Source: Lingula anatina (taxonomy: Eukaryota > Animalia > Brachiopoda). Taken from it: a DNA stretch of 64,000 nucleotides. The notes under the pieces were generated by a model. The model ran no database searches, was not told the DNA's origin, and worked only from the letters and a program-made list of their open reading frames with translations. Positions 26,101-44,819 of this stretch are shown piece by piece (within the stretch, counting starts at the first letter, position 1; each line of letters opens with the position of its first letter). Position numbers and translations under genes: made by a program. Where the stretch lies: contig CM120642.1 of assembly GCA_051362555.1 (NCBI GenBank), positions 27,156,001-27,220,000 of the forward strand, written 5' to 3'.

Positions 26101-28266
26101 TGACCTACTTTTCACCATGAACTGAACTTTGCAAATTTTTCTTCCCTTTTATCTCCAAAACTGGCAGAGATAGGTCCATAGTTACTATTGAACTTGAAAA
26201 GGAAGTCATATACTGGCAATCTAAATGTGACCTTAAAATTGACCTTTGACCTACTTTACACCATGAACTGAATTTTGCAAATTTTGCTTTCCTTTTATCT
26301 CCAAAACTGGCTGAGATAGGTCCGTAGTTACTATTGAACTTGAATAGGAAGTCATATATCTCCAAAACTGGCAGAGATAGGTCCATAGTTACTATTGAAC
26401 TTGAATAGGAAGTCATATACTGGCAATCTAAATGTGACCTTGAAATTGACCTTTGACCTACTTTTCACCATGAACTGAATTTTGCAAATTTTTCTTCCCT
26501 TTTATCTCCAAAACTGGCAGAGATAGGTCCATAGTTACTATTGAACTTGAATAGGAAGTCATATACTGGCAATCTAAATGTGACCTTAAAATTGACCTTT
26601 GACCTACTTTACACCATGAACTGAATTTTGCAAATTTTGCTTTCCTTTTATCTCCAAAACTGGCAGAGATAGGTCCGTAGTTACTATTGAACTTGAATAG
26701 GAAGTCATATACTGGCAATCTATATGTGACATTAAAATTGACCTTTGACCTACTTTTCACCATGAACTGAATTTTGCAAATTTTGCTTTCCTTTTATCTC
26801 CAAAACTGGCAGAGATAGGTCCGTAGTTACTATTGAACTTGAATAGGAAGTCATATACTGCCAATCTAAATGTGACCTTAAAATTGACCTTTGACCTACT
26901 TTTCACCATAAACTGAACTTTGCAAAATTTGCTTCCCTTTTATCTCTAAAACTGGCAGAGATAGGTCCATAGTTACTATTGAACTTGAATAGGAAGTCAT
27001 ATACTGGCAATCTAAATGTGACCTTAAAATTGACCTTTGACCTACTTTACACCATAAACTGAATTTTGCAAATTTTGCTTTCCTTTTATCTCCAAAACTG
27101 GCTGAGATAGGTCCGTAGTTACTATTGAACTTGAATAGGAAGTCATATATCTCCAAAACTGGCAGAGATAGGTCCATAGTTACTATTGAACTTGAATAGG
27201 AAGTCATATACTGGCAATCTAAATGTGACCTTGAAATTGACCTTTGACCTACTTTTCACCATGAACTGAACTTTGCAAATTTTTCTTCCCTTTTATCTCC
27301 AAAACTGGCAGAGATAGGTCCATAGTTACTATTGAACTTGAATAGGAAGTCATATACTGGCAATCTAAATGTGACCTTAAAATTGACCTTTGACCTACTT
27401 TACACCATGAACTGAATTTTGCAAATTTTGCTTTCCTTTTATCTCCAAAACTGGCAGAGATAGGTCCGTAGTTACTATTGAACTTGAATAGGAAGTCATA
27501 TACTGGCAATCTATATGTGACATTAAAATTGACCTTTGACCTACTTTTCACCATGAACTGAATTTTGCAAATTTTGCTTTCCTTTTATCTCCAAAACTGG
27601 CTGAGATAGGTCCGTAGTTACTATTGAACTTGAATAGGAAGTCATATACTGCCAATCTAAATGTGACCTTAAAATTGACCTTTGACCTACTTTTCACCAT
27701 AAACTGAACTTTGCAAAATTTGCTTCCCTTTTATCTCCAAAACTGGCAGAGATAGGTCCATAGTTACTATTGAACTTGAATAGGAAGTCATATACTGGCA
27801 ATCTAAATGTGACCTTAAAATTGACCTTTGACCTACTTTTCACCATGAACTGAACTTTGCAAATTTTTCTTCCCTTTTATCTCTAAAACTGGCAGAGATA
27901 GGTCCATAGTTACTATTGAAGTTGAATAGGAAGTCATATACTGGCAATCTAAATGTGACCTTAAAATTGACCTTTGACCTACTTTTCACCATAAACTGAA
28001 CTTTGCAAATTTTGCTTCCCTTTTATCTCCAAAACTGGCAGAGAAATTGACCCTTGACCTACCTTACGAAGAACTTAAATTTGATTGTACCATATATATT
28101 TTTTGCAATAGTTAAAAAATTCTTGTTGATTGCATTTTTACAGCTTGTCAAGCACAAAACTGGTGGCTGTGTCCCTTATTTTGTGTATGTGGGGGTCTAC
28201 ACGAATGCGCTTGCTCCAGCTGGTGGTACAATATTTGGAGGCGGTATCGCCTCTCTGATCCTCTAG

Positions 28267-28306
<40 letters not shown>

Positions 28307-29541
28307 TATATTTGTCAGTCAGACTGTTAGATCTATCTAGTTAACTTCTGGTGTTTGCAAGAATAGTGAGTCAGTCATATTTTAAATCTTTATACAGATT
28401 TTGAACAGCTGAAAATTATTGCGGCAATGCAAGTGTTGTTTGACTTAAGACTCTTCATCAAAATCCATTCATTCTTGGTGGTTATTGCAAAGTTTAAAAG
28501 TACCACATTTCTACACAAATTTTTCTTGGCACCTATCCTAGTGTTATGAGTATGATCCAAGACCTACGTCAGTGATGTTTAGGCCTGGACCCCCTTTCCC
28601 ATACCTATAGGTATGGGAATGGGGTCTTAGTGCAAAACACTGAACTGATTGAAATATCCAGTTTCAGCTACAATTAGTCTCTCTCACCCTGGCTTAGTTC
28701 AGGTTAGGCCTGTGGGCACAAGTAAATTGCCCCTTTTACCCCTTTTTTTCTCTGGTGTCCCCAGTCTCTCCCATGGAATTTCATTGCCAGACCATACTCT
28801 CTGACCACAAGGTCCACTAGTTGTCTGTTATAGAATTATTGTATCAGGCCCTGTGGGAACTGAGATGGCCAACTTGTATTGTCGCCAGCCTTTTTGAATT
28901 CTGGCCAACGCCAGGAGATGTGCCGATCATTTGAGCTAATTGCACTCAGCAAGAGACTGCAGAGTTGGGATGAACTATGTAGAACTATGTAGGGAGTCTT
29001 TTCACCCAATGTGTCTTTTCTGATCTCAGTCTGCCCCCAGTCACTTTAACTGCTCTGTTTATGGGTGCACTTATTCAAAGCACATGTACATCATACAATA
29101 TCAAGAAATCACCCTTCCCTAGTGTCTTGTCCTGTCACACATTCAGGATATTACCATCACCTCTGAAAGGTACTTGATTCCAACCTCTGTAATGAAGGTC
29201 TTGGATGAGGCCGAAAACTGAGGTAGGCTTGAGAAAATTTGCGTCAAATTCAGATGGTTTAAATGCGGTTACAACTTGACACTACTACATGGATGGATTT
29301 CTGTCAGAGTTGTGGTGAACATTTTAATGAATACAAGATTATCATCAGTTTCTGTTTCAATTCATTTCAGACCTGTTATGGCGCTGAAGACCCAGCAGTT
29401 TTTCCAGCTAGAGGTTATAGGTACATAGATAATATGCCCGTCATCTTCAACGATGGAACCATTGTCGATCCTAAGAAAGAGTTACGGAATGAGAAATTGA
29501 AGCATTTTATGGAGAGAGACCATGGAGTAAAGTACGATTAA
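23114..29541 (+). CDS. Small single-TM mitochondrial protein, prag01/deltamethrin-resistance domain family (COX7B-like), 144 aa
   Basis: Exons 23114-23171, 24046-24251 and 29371-29541 are in frame. Arg-rich presequence MLLRASQLTPLVRRAITASRSNIH, then MDRMPKAEGSWKEQYDRKNRVYNIHIGIQIVIFIAAAYW, matching the prag01-type MDxxPxPxGxWxxxYxxxNxxYN+TM pattern. AATAAA at 29813. Confidence 0.8.
24275..28268 (+). mobile_element. Helentron/HINE-like non-autonomous rolling-circle element carrying a satellite array
   Basis: Subterminal inverted repeats tattgtaccaccagc (24275) and gctggtggtacaata (28219); partial inner IR gctggcggtac; GC-rich short repeats after the 5' end; 3' hairpin gaggcg-gtat-cgcctc (28238-28253); CTAGTT end followed by (TAT)n. 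Confidence 0.75.
25271..28045. repeat. 146-bp tandem satellite array (18 full units, two 61-bp truncated units, one partial)
   Basis: ctccaaaactgg starts at 25277, 25423, 25569 ... 26299, 26360 ... 27090, 27151 ... 28027. Confidence 0.97.
28830..29220 (+). mobile_element. Possible decayed Penelope-like retroelement 3' remnant
   Basis: Broken frames give fragments (IIVSGPVG, LYCRQ, SHFN, HMYII) reminiscent of the Penelope GIY-YIG region, followed by the hammerhead-like tgaaggtc..ggccgaaa. Highly degenerate. Confidence 0.25.
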
Positions 29542-31917
29542 GAGAAAGAATATATAGACAAACACTAGGATATTTTTGTTGCTTTAGGTAAAATCTAACT
29601 TCATCAATTTTAACTTTTCGTGAATTTGATGATGAAAATCTTGGAAAGACTGACACTAATAGGTAATATAATTTCTGTAAAATGGGACCGTATGATAGAA
29701 TTCAGTTTAAAATGAAAACATTGCTGTGTGTTTGTGCACCTGAAGTGTTGGAATTCATAAATACCACTCGAATTAATCAATGTCTCTGTATACGAAATGT
29801 TTACACAGTTTAATAAAGGGTTTGTGTTGATTTGCAGTATTTTTTGTTATAAATTCCATTTCACTGACCATAGAGAATTCCAAAAGCCAAATGATGTGCA
29901 CATGCCTTCTCTTCTTAAAAAAAGGATGAGAAGATAAAAAAAAATATGCGGGTGAAGTTACTTCATTATAAACACGTTAGCAGATTTTACCAGTTGAAGG
30001 CCATTTAGAACAGAAGATCCTAGGATCTACTGATCCATGGGTCAAATACAAGCCATTTAACAGATGAAATCTCAGCTCCAAGATTTAATTGCTATACCCC
30101 TGCAAGGACAGCACGTGGAGGCGGGGAGACCATCAGTGGATTAAGTCGTTTTTTTTTTTTTTTTCATGTAGGGTCTGCCATATTTGATCTGAGGTTGGTC
30201 CTCTTGGTCTATGTTTGACTTAGGGCCAGTAACATTTGACCAAGAGCTCGTAAACAATTTAACTTTTTAATTACACACCACTGCATATATATAAATGTGT
30301 GTGAGCGCATGCAGGGGTGACCGTGGGGGTAGTGGAGGATGGGCCAACAAAGATAAATTGGAAGACTGTCAGAAAATATCTCTGGATCTGCCCCTGTGTG
30401 AGGATTTGGGATTCTGTGCACCGCTGTAATATCATCAGCCATTAAATATATTCTTCTTATTATTATTATTGTAGAAATGATTTAACTGGCTGCTGTACTC
30501 AAATACTTAATACATTAAATGATAAAGAAAAATCAAATTGGCCACTTATTTATTTTTCCCAGAGATGCATCTAATTACAAGTAGGTCAAACCGTAGAAGT
30601 AGAGAAAGAATTGTGTGGGTCTTTGTGGAAAAGGTGGGACTTCTGAGAAATCTCGTCAACCTCAGATTTGTCACTTTCAAACTGTGAACTCTGATAAATG
30701 GTTCACTGTCACTCAAAGCACTATCTCACATTCTCCAATCGGTTAAGTTCATTTGTACCAACATAGAGAATCTGCAATTTGTCAAGAAGTGAATATGTTT
30801 AACGTCTCAGAAAATGACTAGAATGTTTATTTTAAATAACGCAACATATAGCTCGCAGTTACTTTTGCAGTGTCGTGTGCAGTGAATGGGTGTAAACTAG
30901 TGAAACTTCATTTAATCAGCCTTTGTTTGGTTCATTTCACAAATAAAATGCAAAAAATAACGAACTAAGCCTGTGGACATTCCAAAGAAATTTACTTAGT
31001 CCAAGGCAGATAATTTTATTGTAAAGTCACATCTATAGGAACACATTTAGAAAAAGTTTCAGGTCTTCAATTTTCTGTGATTAATAACAAGGCTAATCTC
31101 ACAAAGAACACATTACTCTAAGCAGAGTGTCCATTTTCTTGAATAGTTGAACAAAAATCCCTTTTTCTACATTTTATTTGTCATAAAAATAACATTGTTA
31201 TTTTAACGAGTGATCTTGTTTTAAATGGCTTCACATTTTTCTTATCGTCTCATTTTCATTTTCAATCAGTTATATTTCTAATCCCTCCCTCCATCCAACT
31301 GTTCCAAACTTCTATCAATGACAATGTAAATATGTCATTAAAATCTCCAAATAAAATACGAGATAAAAATATACATTTATCATGTTTCTACTAGGTCTGT
31401 TTACCCTAAATGTTGATGCCTTTCTTTCTCTTGTACTTTTTAAGTTCACCTGTGACCTAGGGATGTGCAGGGAAATGTGAAATAATTGAAATGAATTACA
31501 CTAGGGTGTGCAGTGGCTTCTAGTAGCAAAGGTGTGAGGCAGTGCTTTTTGGCAGTGTAACAATTATACACACAGCAATCATTTTAAATTGTTTTCTTCT
31601 ATTCTCCATGCATTATTCTTAATAGTTATTAAAAAAATTATTACTAGATTGTCAAATATGTTGTTCAATCCTTTTTGTAAAGGTATTTGTAGGAGTATTC
31701 TCAATTATGGTCCAGCCAATATTCAGTCCATGAACAATACAGAGGCATATCTCCACAAGAATGCCAAATACTGAAGTAATCCATAATCTTAGCTGTGTAA
31801 TCTTCAGAAACTTGTAACCAGTTTCATCCAAGGACTGCACACATTGCAGCTTTCTCGTTCGCTAAATGCTTTTCAGCTTCTGCTAAATCCTCAACTCCCA
31901 TTTTCCACAACTGGTAG

Positions 31918-38967
<7,050 letters not shown>

Positions 38968-39341
38968 TTTAATATTATGCTGAAGTGGCACGGCGCACGA
39001 TTGTTTTGATTCCTTTACAACAACTCCCGCTACTCTGTCCATCGGCCGACAGATGGCAGCACTAAAATACTGAAGTTGAAAGAAAAACTATCAAAATATC
39101 ACAAATTTAGTATAAAGAACAACATTATGCTTCTGTACAGTTTTTATCCCATAGAGATATCATATTGGCGTTTTTAGCACAATAAATTTTCTCTCGGGGA
39201 GACGATATTTCAATACGCATGCCCAATCTTAGTAATTACTTCCGGTACTCATCTGACCTAATTCATGAAACTTCAGTTTGTAAAGGTTCGATCAACGATT
39301 CTGAACTTGTTGTTTGAGATAAAAAGACGCTTAAGCCACAA
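38968..39341. promoter_or_regulatory. Bidirectional promoter between PRPS and UBE2K
   Basis: Divergent ATGs at 38967 (-) and 39342 (+); ETS core ttccgg near 39240; CTCF-like ccgacagatggcagcac at 39046-39062. Confidence 0.7.
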
Positions 39342-42300
39342 ATGGCTAATATAGCAGTAGCTCGGATAAAAAGAGAATTTAAAGAGGTTGTGAAAAGCGA
39401 GGAGGTAGGAATCTTATTCAACTTAAAAACGACGTTGTTATGTTGGGGCAGTCATTTGACTTGAGTGTATTTGATCACAACGTTTCGAAGCTTGTCAAAA
39501 CATAACAGCTGATTTTTGTGTATATTCAACCTCTAGTGAGTAAAAGGAATAGCCAGTGATACTGTCAAATAGCTTGTAACTTTGAGATAACTTGTTCCTA
39601 GAAGATTTGCTATTTTGTAATGATCACTCAGGGCTACACCTATTATCATTTCAGCAGAAAAAAATAATTTCATCGTAACTCGGACTCATAAGAAGAGTCC
39701 AGAGTGCAAATATTGCCCAGCAATTATATTTATACTAAATATTAGACTTAATTCTACAAATATGTTGAGATGAATGTCTTAAATTCTGTTGGTGTTTACT
39801 TTATAAAAAGCCTGTTATGAAATGATAGATCATAATTTAAAGAAATAACTGGTTGTATAAAAGCTGCATTTTGTTATTTTGAGATTAATTTTACAGTACT
39901 TGCCTGAAATAAATGCAAATTTGTAAATTTCAATAGTTTTGGGCGGCGGGGAATTTATAGGCCAGTATATACATTATGACATTTTTTTATTATGCAAGTG
40001 TATGTGTTGTATAACAAGGTGAAAGTAAATGGGTTAGTTGCTCAGTTTATAGTATCAGATAGCTAAACTGTTTTTGTATGTATCTTTGAAAAATACTTGA
40101 AAAGGTAATAACAAAAGAACAAGCTTATCAAGCAGTAAAAAGAACCAGATTTACAACAATGATCATTGTAGATGTTTACCTATTTAAACTCAGTTGTGTG
40201 TGTATGTGTGTGTGTGTGTACATGTGTGTGTAAGCATGCATGTGTGTGTGTGTGTTAGCCACTGTGCTGTCTTTATAATTAATTTAGTTTGTATCATATC
40301 ACTAGAATCCTTTTGCCAAAAAAATTGATAGTTGTATATAAGGCTTCATTCACATGCAATGTCTATTTTCTAAATTCTATTTTCTATTCGCGGTATGTCT
40401 TATGATCACTGTCTGTGCCTTGAATATCCCGCGGCGTAATTACTGGCAGCGCGAGCCAGTTACTATAAGTTACTATAAGTAACTGGCTCGCGCTGCCAGT
40501 AATTACGCGGCGGGATATTCAGGGCACAGACCGTGATCATAAGACATACCGCGAATAGAAAATAGAATTTAGAAAATAGACATTCCATGTGAACGAAGCC
40601 TAATTATAAGCATTTGGTGAACATTATGTTTCCTTGATTTGAGAGGTATAATGTGCAGTACAAAAAGTACTTTAACACAGCTGCATGTTGATACATAATT
40701 AGATAAGATAAGAGTTTATTCAGCCATTAATAAATAAATATAAAAATTAATAGTCAGTCAGACTGTGTTGCCAAAAAGAATTGCTGCATCTATTATTTTG
40801 TAAAATGTTTGTTATTTCCTCTGCAGGTGAAAAGCTTTGAAATTAGTGTAGAATTAACAAATGACACTTACACAGAATTAAAAGGAGAGATAGCAGGGCC
40901 ACCTGATACCCCATATGAAGGAGGAAAATACCAGCTTGAAATAAAGATTCCAGAGACTTACCCATTTAATCCACCTAAGGTATGCAAAACAGTTCTTCAC
41001 CCTTATGAATGTGTGAAAGGTAATCAATATTTCAACAAGATCTGTCAGTTTTATTGTCTTTATATTATACATGGGTAAAAAAAGTCTTTATATCTTTATA
41101 TTTATTTTTTTGGGATAAAGCCAAATAATGGGCACCATGCATATTTTTTGTGTCAGCATTGTTAAAAAAATATTCCAAATTTGAAATCACATGGCACTTT
41201 ACCAAACATCCTTTGTTGGCTCCCCTTTCAGTTTTGAATTTATTGATTTTATGGAGAAATAACTCCTACTGTATTTGGGTTTGTGGTCCTATAGGATGCA
41301 AAATCCTCTCTGTAATTATAAACAAACAGTACCTGTTTCTGTGGAGATAGGTGGATGTGTAATCCTGAGGGTATGTATTCACTAGTTATGACCCATGACA
41401 AGAGATTGTTTCTAGTGAATATGTTCACAAAATAGCCAAGGAGTGATCTCACCTCATAAATGTTATATCATAAAATTGAAGTCCAGGAAAAAAAATACTG
41501 ATTATATAAATTTGTATTTATTTCATAACATTTGCGTCTGGTGAAAATGCGATCTCACCTCATGAAGGTTATATCATAAAATTAAAGTCCAGAAAAAGAA
41601 AAAAATACTGATTATATAAATTTGTATTTATTTCATAACATTTGCATCTGGTGAAAATGCACAGATCTGACTATAAATAATGCAATGGTGTGTAAAAGCA
41701 AATCGATGTTATACATAGTTCTAAGCTGTTAAGTATGACTAGAATAGCTTATAACCTACATAGACTAACATAAATATCTGCAGAGTCAAGTGACTGTGAC
41801 TCCAGGTTATTATGTTGGATTACATATATTTATACTGTTTTCTTGAGTTCTACACACATCTGGCTTTTCCATGTTGTGATTTGCTGTAATAAGGTATGAC
41901 CCAGGTCAATCACTTGTCTTTCAGGTACGCTTTATAACAAAAATATGGCATCCAAATATCAGTTCAGTGACAGGTGCCATCTGTTTAGACATTTTAAAAG
42001 ATCAGTGGTAAGTACAAAAACACCTTGCATGAAAATGATGGGAATTCTCATAATTGTCTCAGACACTGCAGTAGAGATTATTTAGTATAAACCAAGTTGA
42101 GTAAACATCAGATTTAAATTAGACCTAAGAACAGTGAAGTTTCAAGAAAGACCAGATGAGATGGACAGTTTTGTTATCCTTACATTGAAATGATCTGCAC
42201 TGTAGATATGCTGTTATGGGTACATAATAATGATATATTTTTAGAGATGTGGTGTTAAGGTTATGGACAGGTCTGTTATCCCGCTTTTAAATGGTCTTTT

Positions 42301-43828
42301 TTTTCTAGGGATGCAGCAGTGATTTCACAGACAGCGCCATTAACTTAACATTGAAATATTGTTTTCTAGGGCTGCAGCGATGACGTTACGGACAGTTCTG
42401 ATTTCCCTACAAGCTCTCCTTGGTGCAGCAGAACCAGATGATCCACAAGATGCAGTTGTAGCAAAACAATACAAAGAAAACCGGGCAATGTTTGAGAAAA
42501 CTGCACGGCATTGGGCATATGCTTATGCTGGAGGTAGGTGCACAATTTTTTTCCACTGTTATAGTGACCTTACTTCAGCAAATTTTGTTTCTGTGTCACA
42601 GGTCCCTCATAGCACATTGTCATGTCTGAGATGTAGTCACAGTCAACACATTGCCATGACAGATACAGATATCTATGTAGTCACACGTAACACATTGCCA
42701 TGACAGATACAGATATCAATGTAGTCACACTTAACACATTGCCATGACAGATACAGATATCAATGTAGTCACACTTAACACATTGCCATGACAGATACAG
42801 ATATCAATGTAGTCACACTTAACACATTGCCATGACAGATACAGATATCAATGTAGTCACACTTAACACATTGCCATGACAGATACAGATATCAATGTAG
42901 TCACACTTAACACATTGCCATGACAGATACAGATATCAATGTACTAGTAGTCACACTTAACACATTGCCATGACAGATACAGATATCTATGTAGTCACAC
43001 TTAACACATTGCCATGACAGATACAGATATCTATGTAGTCACACTTAACACATTGCCATGATAGATATAGATATCTATGTAGTCACACTTAACACATTGC
43101 CATGACAGATATAGATATCTATGCAGTCACACTTAACACATTTGCCATGAATGATATGCAGTAACAACTACCACGTTGTTGTAAATGATATGCTGTCAAA
43201 CTTAACCCATTGCCATAACTGATATGCAGACTGAAAGTACACGAGGAAAATGTTTATATAAAATGACAACTAAAATGCTTAAATGACACTAAAACATTTA
43301 AATAATGATAGTACATGAAGTGCTTTTTCATTGTAATTTTGCATTATTTTTAGCAAGTAATAGAGATCCTGATCTCATTGAAAAGTTAAAGCAAGCAGTT
43401 TCCATGGGATTTGAAGAAGTGAGTATTGTAGAGTTATGCAATAGTAGTTTATAAATTATACTACATACAGATGGTCAGTTGATATGGGAGGCTAAGCACA
43501 GCCAAAGGCAGTTGCCAGCAATACAGGCAAGGCATGTTAAAAAGGTTATATATCATGTTAAAGCTGTGACTTTTTATCAAGTGGTTGACAGCATTTTCAT
43601 TTAATGTTCATTGATGTGGGGGATTTTGAGTCAAAACATATCCATTCTGTATCTCTTCTTTGGTTAAGTAAATATTATATATCTGTGTTATGTTTAATTA
43701 TTCTTAAGGGAGGTGTTTAAATAAGAACACTTCATGTTTTGATTCCTTGTTTTCAGAACCGAGCAAGAACTGCTCTCTCAACCTGCAACTGGGATGTGGA
43801 AAGAGCTGCAGAACAGTTATTAAGCTAG
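39342..43828 (+). CDS. UBE2K: Ubiquitin-conjugating enzyme E2 K (HIP2) with C-terminal UBA domain, 199 aa
   Basis: Exons 39342-39404, 40827-40979, 41925-42007, 42370-42533, 43354-43418 and 43757-43828. [47 protein letters not shown] (catalytic Cys), [11 protein letters not shown] and UBA motif [16 protein letters not shown]. Confidence 0.97.
40342..40600. mobile_element. PIF/Harbinger-type palindromic MITE in UBE2K intron 1
   Basis: Near-perfect 259-bp inverted repeat (ggcttcattcacatg..catgtgaacgaagcc) flanked by TAA on both sides (40339-40341 and 40601-40603). Confidence 0.85.
41446..41660. repeat. ~105-bp direct tandem duplication in UBE2K intron 2
   Basis: gatctcacctcat..tctggtgaaaatgc occurs at 41446 and 41551. 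Confidence 0.9.
42633..43150. repeat. 44-bp minisatellite (about 11 units) in UBE2K intron 4
   Basis: Unit gtagtcacacttaacacattgccatgacagatacagatatcaat. Confidence 0.95.
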
Positions 43829-44819
43829 AACATTGAAATTTTTTCTTAAAAAAAAAAAAACTGAAGACTTAACAAAGAGACAGAAACCAATGCCTATGTG
43901 TTAAAAGTCTTCACCAAATCAACCCATACCTACCACAACATTTCAAGAATGAGACTAAAAACACAAACATGATGTCAGCCAATGGCAAGTCTTCATAATC
44001 AAAAGAACTCTAAGGCCTTTTTTTTTCTCAATTGATGAAGTTTTATACAAACGCTGTCGTTTTTTCTTAATCATCCATAAAAACCTGTAGACATGCAAAT
44101 TGTATATTCTTGGAATCATTTGTACGATTCACAATTAAATCATGGTCTGTAGTGACAGTAATTATTTATCATTTGGCGAAGTTGCTGTTTTTCTTATTAA
44201 ATGATTGAAAATATGACTCTTTTTTTTTTTTTTTTTTTGCCGTCTTGTGATATAATATTTCTACTCATAAAATCATATCTTTCAATGTGTTTCTAAGTTG
44301 TGTTTTTTGGATTGTTGGTGGGTTCTGTATATGTGGAAGATGTTCGGTCCGATTTATTTGTTCTGTTACAAAATCTTCCATCTTCACAAACTTCTCTCTC
44401 ACGTTTTTATGCGTCCTCTCAAACGCGAATTTTAGGGAACATTGTTTGCTTTTGTGTATCCATGTTTTAAGTAAGAGACTTTTAAATAATGCAGAGATGC
44501 TTAAGTGTAAATGTTAAACTCCAATAAGCGTGAATTTTGAACAATCACATGGATGATTCACCGTATGAAATTATCAAACGGGGATGTAACCCGAGATGGA
44601 CAAATATACGTCGAAGTAACGCAACACGCAAGTTTTAATAAAATCATTTATTGCCGTCGTGAAAGAAACGACTGATACCAAATAAATACTAGTGATATAT
44701 ACAAGTAGGGAGGCAGAATTGTCCAGGGAAATTATCTTGAAACTTTTTCATATCAACAAGTCATCAACTGCTGTACAAAACTACATAGAAATCGAGTCTA
44801 ATGCGAGGATTAAAGAGAC

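Noticed and set aside
25375-27554. Five ~100-aa minus-strand ORFs (MVKSRSKVNF.., MTSYSSSIV..)
   Set aside because: They are translations of the 146-bp satellite, with no coding hallmarks.
25271-28045. CRISPR-like regular array
   Set aside because: Units are contiguous near-identical monomers with no unique spacers, in a eukaryotic intron with no cas genes.
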